This document shows, piece after piece, positions 40,097 through 51,135 of a DNA stretch of 64,000 nt; within the stretch, counting starts at the first letter, position 1, and each line of letters starts with the position of its first letter. Source of the DNA: Botryllus schlosseri (Eukaryota); NCBI GenBank assembly GCA_051294905.1, contig CM119372.1, positions 33,978,001 to 34,042,000 on the forward strand, read 5' to 3'. The position numbers and the translations under genes were made by a program. The notes under the pieces were generated by a model. The model saw nothing but the letters and a program-made list of their open reading frames with translations. It did not search any database and was not told the DNA's origin.

Positions 40097-40708
40097 ATGA
40101 AGAAAATCATTGGTGAAACACCAACAACGACGCGAGTGCATCCGGTCACCACTGCGAAGGCTCTGCAGAACTCCACGGAAGACGGCAGGACCGACATCGG
40201 AACGGACTACCAAAACCCAGACCACAACCGCAAGGTAAGTACCGAAACAACTGTTTTGTATTCAACAGGAGACGACAAAGACGACTCGTCCTCGAAGAGT
40301 GTCGAACTAATGAATATTACCTTTGAGTCAACGATGGCTAACACATCGCCGCAGCCCGGGCAGAAAACCCGAAGTTTGGGAACACCCGCTCCTGAGTATT
40401 CCCGAATATCAAGAACCACCGTGGGGAAGACAACCACAGATTTCGTTGACCACAACTATACTCGATGGCTGCACGAACTGGTGATGATGGAAGGTGGATA
40501 TAAGGTAAGTGGATTAAACTTGATCGATAGGATGATTATGGAAGGTGCGAAACTGATACCTGCACTGAAACCGGTTGCTGTGATAATGATGGTAACCGGG
40601 TTGATAGCTCTGGTGATTGTGTTATGGGTAGGTTGTATAAGGTGTCGTCGACGTAGAACCTTAAGTCGTATGAGGAACACGAGGAGACGAAACGGAACAA
40701 GTCAATAG
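40097..40708 (+). CDS. Env-like type I membrane glycoprotein C-terminal ORF (203 aa), probably 5'-disrupted
   Basis: S/T-rich stalk with sequons NST, NIT, NTS and NYT; hydrophobic segment VAVIMMVTGLIALVIVLWVGCI; Arg-rich cytoplasmic tail. Lies downstream of the Gypsy pol remnant on the same strand. Confidence 0.5.
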   Translation: MKKIIGETPTTTRVHPVTTAKALQNSTEDGRTDIGTDYQNPDHNRKVSTETTVLYSTGDDKDDSSSKSVELMNITFESTMANTSPQPGQKTRSLGTPAPEYSRISRTTVGKTTTDFVDHNYTRWLHELVMMEGGYKVSGLNLIDRMIMEGAKLIPALKPVAVIMMVTGLIALVIVLWVGCIRCRRRRTLSRMRNTRRRNGTSQ

Positions 40709-43700
40709 ATGGCGATAAGAGTAATACGGAACACAACGGAGAATGACTAAATCTGAAGGTAAGAATGGGTGTTTAAGATTTAGATGTAAATACGGGATTT
40801 TCATAGATTGTTATAGGGAAGTAATGAAGTGTAACGTTATAATTTTGGTAAATCGTTAAGAAAAATGGTGATAGGTATCATGCGTATAAAACAAATCCTT
40901 TGGCGCATCGTTTATGATGAGTCCCAAGCACTCCGTGTTTCACGTAATGGGCGTTAAAGGAAAAAACTGTGAGTCATGGTAAGATAGCTATGTAACGAAG
41001 CATAAATGAATGGCAGTGCATCGTTTATAATAGGTATCAAGTGAATTATTTTACGTAATGGGCGTAAACGGAAAAAACTGAAACCTCGCAACTAGAAATC
41101 TGTTGAGTAATGAAATATCAATTCGAGAGAGCAATAAAAGAAAAAGGTTGACGTGTGAAAAGATTGAGTCAATAAGGTGATTACCATGAACGGGTAATGT
41201 TGGTGTATAGTGCACCAGTTCCGAAGATATTGATTCCGAAAATCCGAATCCGTCTGATCACTTGAGTGTCTGAGGAACTATCCGTCCGAATCCGAAGAAT
41301 CTCATATAAAAATCCATGCGAATATGGAAAACCTCGATTGATTCGGACATCTGGCTATCCGGACATCCGCTTTATTCGGCCAAAATGCTCAGCAACGAAA
41401 CATTAATTGAAAATTCCGGCAGCGAGAAAACCTTATTTGCCGAAAAAGACTGGCTTCACACTGACCGAAAACTTCGATATATCTACATTATACATATAGA
41501 TCTAATTGTCCATAGGCGCGTAAATGACTGGCGCCTGGGGTTGTGAATATAGCCCTTTGGGGGCCACGACCAACGTTTTTTAGGGGGGGCTAACGAAGTG
41601 CTGTTTCGGTCCTGGATATCACTCAAAAGCATCTGCGGTAGGCATACCGATCAGAGTTTGATCAATTACATAAATTCAGTTTAATTACAATTACAATTAC
41701 TTCCTTGCATGGTTCAATTACATTACAATTAAAGTTACTCAATGCCTAAAATATCAAATTACAATTACAATTACAATTACTGTTGAACATGTAATTAAAT
41801 ACAATTGCATTTACTGTTAAACATGTAATTAAATCGGTAGAGATGCCCTTTGGCAACCGTAGCAACGTAATTTTGCAACAACCTCAAGCTAGTCATTTCA
41901 TTCATGATACGTAGAATACCCTTTAATCAAAAACAACTCGAACGTATTCGAACTATTCCTAATCATGAGTACTGAAAACTACAAACACTGAATTTTTTTC
42001 AAGCGACCAAAAGTTTGAGTGAATATAGCCTACAAGAACGGCAGCGAAATGTAATCAAACGAATACACAAAGCTGAGTAAGGCAAATGAAATGTAGGCTA
42101 ATTGGTAAGTCATCAGCGATAAGTATGATAATGACAAGGTGTGTAAAATTAAAATAAATGCAAAAGAAAAGAAGCTCCTGATAACTACGAATTACAAAAT
42201 TTTGGTTCCCATTTACATTTTCACTTGCTCAAGAACTGTTATATAGATTGCATTCAGTGGCGGCTCGTCCTATAGGGCAACTGGGGCATTGCCCCACCTA
42301 AAATTCTGTTCAATAACAATTTAACCATTTATAGACGCACAGCGCTCAATATATATCGAGATCACAGCGAAACCCGCGTTCTTGTGCTTTCGCTTGCAAA
42401 TGCCCATACATAGCGAAGTCTCCGCGCAAATCGAATTCTCTTCTGTGTTTTCGCTTTGTGAATGCCTAGCCGGGGCTTGCCCCGGTAGCGCTCATAACAA
42501 GCTTTCACTATCTATTCTCTCAAAGCTGCGCACAATTAAGAAACGTTGCTTTACTCTCTCCTATTCGTAAAATGGCCGAGCAACCGGGGCAAATATGCTT
42601 GCTCGCCCCTAAGGTGTGATGTAACAATCGTATCTATATCTGAACTCGGATACCGTGATATGCGTTGAGTCGACCGTTGCTGGTACAGGTCGATTTTGAT
42701 GGTGTTTCACACCATGATAATTATTGAAACTTGGTATGTCATGTCGTGATGGTGGTATTTAACACTGTCCTAAGTTTCAGGGTTTCTACTCAAAGTTTAG
42801 GGTAGTAATTCCGTTTCCAAAGTCGAGTGTGTGCTGATCGGTCATGTATCGCAAACATATTTCACGCAAAGCCGGTATTGGTCTCCATTGATTTTAACGA
42901 TGCTCCTTAGCTAGATCCGTCATGAACTTTTACATGGTAGCCTATGTCTTGATTTTAGTATCGAACGCTGTGCCAAGTCTCAAGGTTGACACTCAATGAT
43001 TAGGGCAGCAATTTCGTTATTAAGTTCGAGTATGGTAGAGATGTGCGCTGATCTGACACTTAGCCTACCTAACGCATTGCGGATTTCACGCAAAAGCCGG
43101 TGTATCTGTGTTCCATACTGAGATAGGTGATGAGATGATGATATCATGAAACAGTTTACTAACATCCTCGGTTTGCATTCAAATATTTAGTTTTATTTTA
43201 TATTCTCCAATGTCAATTTCACCGTGGAATGGTGGCCTTCTGGCCATTTGCTCACAATTACAACCCCTGTCAAGCGCGATAGCTGTTTCGTTTTCGATGG
43301 CGGCTAACAGCTGATCGCTTGATCAGCCGATTCCTCAGTAAATATTACGCAAAATTCGGCGTTGATCTGTTCGTATTAATTTTGACAGTGTACCATACCG
43401 AAAACGGTCATGAGGCTATACTTCTCGATGATTTCATGTAACAGTGTACCAAGTTTTCGGCTTTCATCCACGTATTTATTCGGTAATATATTTTCCGAAG
43501 GCGATTTTGCAGCAGACATATAGACACTATAGACCGTAAGCCGTATGTGTCGTGTGACAGTCTCCAGCCTCAAGGCCAGAATCTCCCAAGCTGTACCGGG
43601 ACCGAATTTCCGAGGCTGCTATCCGTAGTTCTTCAGAATGATGTTTTGGATTCAATATGACATTTCCTTGTCCAATCTATGAGATAACAATTGCGTATGT

Positions 43701-43796
43701 GTCCGAACTCGTTGACCTTTCCAGTTAGGCATACGCAATCTCTCGATTTATAGTCATTTCCATTTCTGCAGATAAGTAGTCAGGTCAAGTGCGAAC

Positions 43797-45171
43797 ATGA
43801 ATCGTGTTGAATCTTTGCTCCGTACGCCGTTTAGCCAGCTGCCTTTAGAGCAAAAATTAGAGGTAAAGCGTCGTGGGATAAGTGTGCAAAACCTGCTTGT
43901 TGCGGCTTACGAATGTTGCGATATACTGATGTCCCAAATCCAACATCGTCTGAATAGTGACCAGTTGGTTACTTTCGCCCTGTTAAATCCGAGAAATTTC
44001 CCTGCCTACAAAATTCATTTTCCTTCTGGACTACTGCGCAGCGTGCCTCGTTATTACCCGATGATCGACATTGCTCGGTTGGAGAGCGAGTTGACTTGTT
44101 TGTATTCTAACACATCCTTTTCGGAAATTAAAACCACTAGTGAACTTTCAAAATTCCTAGTTGAAAATTCGCTTTCGATCAACTTTGCTACAGTAACTAG
44201 CTTTCTGAATATCATTTTGACCACCCCGATTTCATCCGCGGAATCCGAGCGCAGTTTAAGCACATTGAAACGTATCAAGATCTTTCTCAGAAACAGGATT
44301 GGCCAAGATAGGCTTAATGCAGGGCTGGCCAACCTTTTCAGCCAAAGGGCCACATTCGATTGACGAACTATTGCGCGGGCCACTAGCCGCGCGAAGCGCG
44401 AAAATTTTTTGAAGTTCATAGGTCAATAATATTTTCACTTGACTATATTGCGAGCCTGTTGTATATCGCTGGGCTCAGTTTGCGAAGACTGGGCTATTCG
44501 GCGCATGGACATATCGATATCGAAAGCTGCGACCAACATGCGTCAATCATTTCGTGTCTATACGTTTCATAGTCGACGGTCTTACTGCGAGCGCAAACGC
44601 AATGTCGCATAGGCTATATGTTGAACTCGTAATCGCGAATATAGTTAGACTCAATCTGATACATAAGATATTCTTCCATTTTCACAAAAGGGCAATAATA
44701 TTAAAAACAAGAAATCATGTGACAACATGTTGCACCAAGCTTGTAGAAAATTTTCACCTTTGATAAATCTATCGCAAATCATTCTGCTTTATTGTAGTGT
44801 ACGAAGATATACCAATATGTGAATGGCTGATGGATCTGTCAATGCGTCGGAACTGATATTTTAGCCATCACATCTTAAGTCTTGCGGCCAGACTAATCAA
44901 ATTTTTGGTTCGCCTTGCAAGTTCACAATCTGTGCAATCCATTTTTGATGATATTAGAAATTTCGGAAATTACCTCGCGGGCCACTCAAAACCTTCTCGC
45001 GGGCCACATTTGGCCCGCGGGCCACGGGTTGGCCGGCCCTGGCTTAATGCGTTGGCTGTTCTCTCGATTCACAACGACGTGGTTCTGGGAATTCCAGATT
45101 TCAATAAACTCGTTATTGAACATTTTGCTAATAAGAAATCACGTCGCGCACAATACTTATACAAGACATAA
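43797..45171 (+). pseudogene. Internally deleted hAT transposase, interrupted by MITE 44320-45041
   Basis: N-terminal 'MNRVESLLRTPFSQLPLEQKLEVKRRG' is fused to the C-terminal dimerisation domain 'LTTPISSAESERSLSTLKRIKIFLRNRIGQDRLN|ALAVLSIH...VIEHFANKKSRR'. Confidence 0.88.
44320..45041. mobile_element. hAT (Charlie-like) MITE inserted in the transposase
   Basis: TIRs CAGGGCTGGCCAACC / GGTTGGCCGGCCCTG. TSD GCTTAATG. Confidence 0.92.
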
Positions 45172-46711
45172 ATTAATGCTGGTGGGCGGACGACTGTACA
45201 CATCATGTTCTTTCCGAATAATTTCAATCAAGTGAGCCCAGGTAAGTCAACCATGTCTATGGCTAAGGAAAAGTGAGTGGTTTTCATCCTTATTACTCGA
45301 GGCACACTGACAGTTAATTTACCGATATATTTTGTTATGGCTATGGAAAAAAAGTGAAAAATTCATCAAGATGAAATAATTTATTCTTGAAATTGTTTAA
45401 TGCGATATGTGCTCGCATTTCAATTTAACACAATGCTTTGATTCCTGCTTGAATGATGGCAGGCAGACTCGTAATTAATCTTCCATGGATAACAGCTGGC
45501 TTTTTATAATGTTTTACGTTTATGGGTGCCACCGCTTTGATTGCCTATCCCCTGGTCGTAACGCATCAGGATCGTGTACCAAACACTTTCGGACGAGGGC
45601 AAATCGATTTGACTCGCTTTCGGGACGAGAATCCATATACAAATCGGGTCGGAGGCGCTGCAGCACTTTACAGAATTGCTGAGCATGTAACGATTAAAAC
45701 ACCACAAGGTGTCATGCGAATGCTCTTTGTAGGTAGTTGGTCTGTGTATTTTTGGTATAGTCTTACTCGGCGCTTGCGTAATCTCTACCACGAAATCATA
45801 ACGCATGCTACTAAGGATAACCTGATGATTGATTCGTGGCATGGGAACGATTCTTAGTTCGCGTACATTTTGTAAAATAATCATTTGAATAAAAAACAAT
45901 GAATAAAACATTTGTTACCGCACTTCAAGTCACGCCACCGGCAAACCTCTCGCGGCACCTACGTTAAAAATCATTGTTTACGGGAAATTCATGTGGCCAT
46001 CATGAACGTTGAAAAACGCTACTGTGACGTCATATTGATAACAAGTCGCTTGCGGCCCTTGCCCCACCACCCGATATTGTCACGAGCCGCCACTGATTGC
46101 ATTTGATGAACATAAGGGTGCGTACAGTTACTGCCCCCAGTAAATTCGCCCAAGATTGGGATAACAACTCTAAAAATGCGTGAGCAAGTTTGATGAAGCC
46201 TTGGTTGAAAACTTGGATTTGTTTTTTTGCAATTGTGGCAGCAAGCCTCAGTACTGGTCAGAGATTAAAAAAAAAAACAATGACCGTGATGTAGGAAATG
46301 GCTCATCACACATTTCACAAGAGTTTATTGGCTGTTTATCCCTTTTTGAAATATTAAGATTTAGTTTAGCCCACTGGTTCTCAAACTTTTTTAGACACGC
46401 CCCCCTTATGACAGTGAAATATTTCGTGCCTCCCTTATCTTCATATCACACAATGAAACCAGAATGCTGGCAATCCTTACAGATAGTTTGATAGTATGGA
46501 GGAGGTTATGACTGTTGATGAGAGAATTCTCCAATATGAAATTCGGACTATACAAAGAGCAGTAACTATGAAATTGAGGTAAATCGCGCCAAGCGCATTA
46601 AAATTCTTCAATTTACCTATAGATAACTAACTTACAGATAGATACGCAAAACCCGTCGTTACGCTTGCTTGCCCAGAGGTAATTACTGCTCAGCAATCTG
46701 AACGCAACATA

Positions 46712-47100
46712 ATTGCTAATCCCATAGCTGACGACCCGCGCGCTTAAATTCAATAAAGTTGATCTTAATTGAAAGCTACAGTTGCACTGATTCCGAAAAT
46801 ATACATTAAAATCCAATGAGGGCAATAGAACTCCCTTGAAATACACCTCAAAGTCGGAAAATCGGCATTGTTCTAAACAATCGCAGTGACGCAGCACAAT
46901 GGCCATAACACTGGCCCTTTCGTGGTTGCGATTGTTCAGAACAATGCCGATTTTCAGACTTTAAGGTGTATTTCAAGGGTGTTCCCTTGCCCTGATTAGA
47001 TTTTAATGTATATTTTCGGAATCAGTGCGACAGTAGCTTTCAAATAAGATCAACTTTATTGAATTTAAGTGCGCGGGTCGTCAGCTGCGGGATCAGCAAT
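46712..47100. mobile_element. Fold-back element related to 5328-5915
   Basis: Arms of ~190 bp are reverse complements. The core (GATTCCGAAAATATA...ATCGGCATTGTTC...ATGGCCATAACA) is homologous to the first fold-back. Confidence 0.85.
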
Positions 47101-47712
47101 AGACACTTACGTGACCTTTGACACGAACCAATCAGGTTGCAGCAGGATGTAAACAAAGAACAAGGCCGGGCATGCGGGCAAGCTTACTATGAGCGCTTAT
47201 GGAAAAGAGTTGAAAAATGAAGGTTTTTAGCAAAATTACATTGAATTGGGAATAGCTGGCTTTGGTGATTGGTAATAACGTAGAGTTAGTATGTATTTGC
47301 AGTGGTGGCAAGCACTTATCAGCATGGTATGTCCAAATGAATGGATTTCTGACAACTTTTCGGATGAAGCAACTATTGCTGTATTATCCTTAGTCTTTAC
47401 AGTCGTATACTATAGGATTGTCGTATCGAATAGCATGTATTAGATTAATCTTGAGTCAGGATATATGGGGCATGGGGTATTCATTATGTGGGCTTGGCGT
47501 TATATGCGTTCTATTTATGGAATCGTATATAGTACAGTCTACAGTCTGCATCATTATCTAGCAAATTTGTTACACTGGACACTTGTCTGCATATTCAATG
47601 ATCATATTAATATGATGTATGTTAGGCAACACGATCCGTTCCCAGTTAAAATCGTCATTTATTGTCCTAGCTCATGTATTGAATCAATCAGGACAAATGC
47701 CGGATAAACACT

Positions 47713-49020
47713 GTGCTAATAGCCTTGTGTAACTTTGAGATGGCTACCCAGACCGGGTGTGCGCTTGTACCTTTCCCAGAGCCAATAACATGCATGGAAG
47801 AATGTAAAATCTGGATAAAGGCATGTGGACTACCTTGTAGTCATCTGAATTCTCATTTTATTAATAAAATGACATATCTATTATTGTACCAAAAATATTG
47901 AATCGTGACATAATTCAGATTGTCCAATCTGAAATGCAGTCACACTTGATGCCACAATCGACTGGGTGTGTGTCTCGTTTTATTCCACTCCAGTTTTGTT
48001 GCTTGATGGTGTGTAATGGATTGAAATTGTTGAGAGCAATATATTCAATAATGAGATGAATAGTTGAAATTGGTAGAGGTGATTCGTTGCACGAGTCGAA
48101 CGAGTTCGCCTTGATAGGTGCCTGCACAGCAGTGTTGCTCTGTAAAATAAACATAAACATATTGTATATTTTGTGCAGGTTTGATGGATATCTTTTATGA
48201 AGCTGCAGAAAGAGGAAGTCGATGGATAAAACGCTAGAAAATCAAATTTCTGGAAGAAGTAAAAGCACAAAACAGGAAACTCGTCCAGGAAAATTACAAA
48301 TTGATGGACAATTATTGCTAGTGAAGTTCAATTCTCAGAGGAGCATCACAATGTCAAAAGATGCGGAGAAGCTGAAATGTTATACTAGAATACATCAAAT
48401 TCTTTCTGAATTGCCCGACTTATCCTACTGACGTCAAATTTATAGTATTGCTGTAAGCATGGTATTAAAACCATTGGGTCAACCGTATGTAACTGCTCAT
48501 TAAATTTCGATTTGGCCATGTAGATATGTGGTTCTAAAAAATGCACCATTTGCATTCATTCATGATTTCTCAAAACTAGAATGATTATTGACTGTCAATA
48601 AATCACATACAACTTTGAAAGGATTGATGGATTGTGGTGCACTTACTTTTGTGCAGGAACTGTTCACAGGGACCATTTCAGATCAAAATATTAGTGAAAT
48701 ATGTGGGTTCGACAAGAAATGTGAGAAAATGATGGAGTTCAGCTATGGTGAACTAGGAAATGCTATCATGGCAGAAATGGGATTCACCATTAAGTCTGAA
48801 ATCAAGAAATTGAATCTAGATTTAAATATTCCTGCACATGATTTGGCACACCGTCTAATGCCTGAGCCAGACTGTTCCGCAACAAGATGGCGAGACAACG
48901 TATTCATATTGAACAGCTGATCGGAAGAATCAAGGAGTATAAAATTTTGTCTGGTGTCATACTATGCAGCATTGTGTATCAACTAACCAAATATGGAATA
49001 ATTGCTTACTCTAATTCAAG
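47713..49020 (+). pseudogene. THAP + DDE_Tnp_4 transposase remnant (ISL2EU / PIF-Harbinger type)
   Basis: THAP-like 'VPFPEPITCMEECKIWIKACGLP'. DDE4-like 'KSHTTLKGL..GALTFVQELFTGTISD', 'AIMAEMGFTI', 'LNIPA', 'IGRIKEYKILSG'. Confidence 0.8.
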
Positions 49021-49199
49021 ATTGAAAATTAAAAATGAATGACGCAACATATTCGGTAATTGTGCAAATTCAGTTCCATTGTGAATATCGTAATGCCTAA
49101 TAGCATGCTACGGATCGTAATTGCGCGGTGCCATGGTCAATGTGTACCAACAGTGCATGTGTATTCATACTATATTCCAGTGGTGTGCATTGAAGCTCA

Positions 49200-50092
49200 T
49201 TTAGATGCCCAATTTGTTGAATGAACAATTCTCCTGGATTATTTGTGTTTGGTGGAATGTTATAAAACTGAAGACACCAGATACACCAAAATCTACCTTG
49301 AGGCAGGAGTTGATCGGTTGCGAGTACGGTCGAAAGATTGCTTGTCAATGTAGTCCTTGTAGCTTCAGGTGCTGGATTGTCTTAATCAATGCATATGCAT
49401 GAGAGCATATATCAGAACCTAATGTGAAAATAAATCATGGTTACAATATCTATTGCAGGAGTCTCTGAAAAAATGTCTTATTCCTTACTTACCCTGTCTT
49501 ACAAGTGCATGACGAATCAATAATGGATTTTCTGAGAACGTGTATTTCAATTGAGTGTTACATCTCACTTTTCTGCAAGTTGTGATAACATTGGCTGTTC
49601 ACTAGAATATTGCTTCCACAAAGAGTGGATTGTCTCCTCAATCTTTTTCCCTAAGTCGTGTACGTAGCGCTCCATGAAATACTTCGTAGCTTTCTCCGCG
49701 GTGTTAGAAGAAGATGCTGTTCCACTCAAATCCAGAAATTCGATAGAATCTCCATAGCTTTCAAGTTTCATAATCAATACACCAAAATTGTGATGTGTGG
49801 CAGCAGCTGTATTTTATAGCATATATTTCTGAACATGAGATATGCTTGAAAATTTGGCTCGAGACCTGGAGCCTGTAGGCCCATTTACATGACGGTTTAA
49901 GTCAGCTTCGAAGCTGACTCGTCGATCCGACTCTCTCGTATTCGATGAAAAGAGAAAAACAAACTGCTTCAAGTCGACTCGAGCGTCAAGCTGTTGTGTA
50001 ATGTGGTTTACGATCGGCTTGAGTATTTGGTCATCGGCGTCCGGCGATTTTCGTTCGACGGCGCTGTATTTTGCCGCGCGGGCTCTTGGCAT
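49200..50092 (-). pseudogene. Convergent second gene of the ISL2EU-type element (SWIM zinc-finger region)
   Basis: 'KATKYFMERYVHDL' and 'IIDSSCTCKTG|gtaag..', followed by 'GSDICSHAYALIK': a SWIM CxC..CxH motif split by an apparent intron. Confidence 0.6.
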
Positions 50093-50669
50093 CGTAATTC
50101 ATGTTTTTCATTCGATGTTGAGAAATTGGGCAAACATGGTAAGGAAAAGTGGGGTTACTTTGTAAGTGCTCGCTTGTTTATATGTAGTACACCAGTACCG
50201 GAGTAGCAACCGTGCTCTTTTAGGGCAGTTTTATATTTGATATTTGGCTTCGATCTGTAGTAGCCTAGTTGCTGTCATCAGCTACATAAAATGGCTAACA
50301 AGGTAAAACGTTGCATCTGTATTTCAACTTCTCAGACTACAGTTCGGAAGAGATATGGATTGTACCGGTACTACAATTCGACTACGACATGCATAGTGAA
50401 CTGATGGAAGAAGCGGCCCTGCAGTGTGATATATCGATACGGGAATACATGGACGATTGCTGCATTTCGTACATAGGCCTACTGTTCCACTGGATAAACT
50501 GATGTGAGCGCGCATGTGATGGGATGGAGCTGGTGTCTCTCCCGTGTGGATGATATGGAGATTTGTGACTCTCCTGGTGATGATGAAGCGCAGCGGTGTT
50601 AGGATTATTGCTTTGTTTTTAGTTCTGGGTTATAGTGTTCTGCTGATATGATAGTAGTTAGTATGATCG

Positions 50670-51135
50670 GTCGTGACCTGGCAGGGGTTCTTATGGGCCC
50701 GCTGGTGAGGTGCCGCGAAACTCGTGTTGGTGATGGCACCCTTTTGACCCCCCCTTCCGCTGGTGAGGTGCCATGTGTTCTTATGGGATCTCTGGTGATG
50801 GTACCCTTTCAGGTATAGGCTTCGTCGTTGATGTGTCGTGAAAACTCGTGTTGGTGATGGCACCCTTTCAGACCCCCTGTCGCTCGTGATGTGCCATTGT
50901 TTTTTACGGGATCTCTGGTGATGTGCCATTGGTTCTTATGGGATCTCTGGTGAGGTGCCATGTGTTCTTATGGGTGCGGTCGTGATTCGCACTTTCAGCC
51001 ATCTCTCGACCGGTACCTCGAAACTCGTCTTGAACCGGTAACCATTTTCGGTATAGGGATCACTCAACCGGTGCCTCGAAACTCGTCTTGAACCGGTGAC
51101 CATCTCCGGTATAGGGATCGCTCAACCGGTGTCGT
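50670..51135. repeat. Compound minisatellite (~32-bp GGTGAGGTGCCATGTGTTCTTATGGGATCTCT units plus a ~58-bp duplication)
   Basis: Units at ~50763, 50885, 50917 and 50949; ACCGGT(A/G)CCTCGAAACTCGTCTTGAACCGGT occurs twice. Confidence 0.8.

Larger units (their letters stand above)
42255..46095 (+). mobile_element. hAT (ZMYM1-like transposase family) deletion derivative, copy 2
   Basis: TIRs CAGTGGCGGCTCGT / ACGAGCCGCCACTG. TSD ATTGCATT (42247-42254, 46096-46103). Confidence 0.92.

Noticed and set aside
45522..45857. 111-aa ORF inside hAT copy 2 as a cargo gene
   Set aside because: No recognisable motifs, absent from copy 1, and a length compatible with chance.
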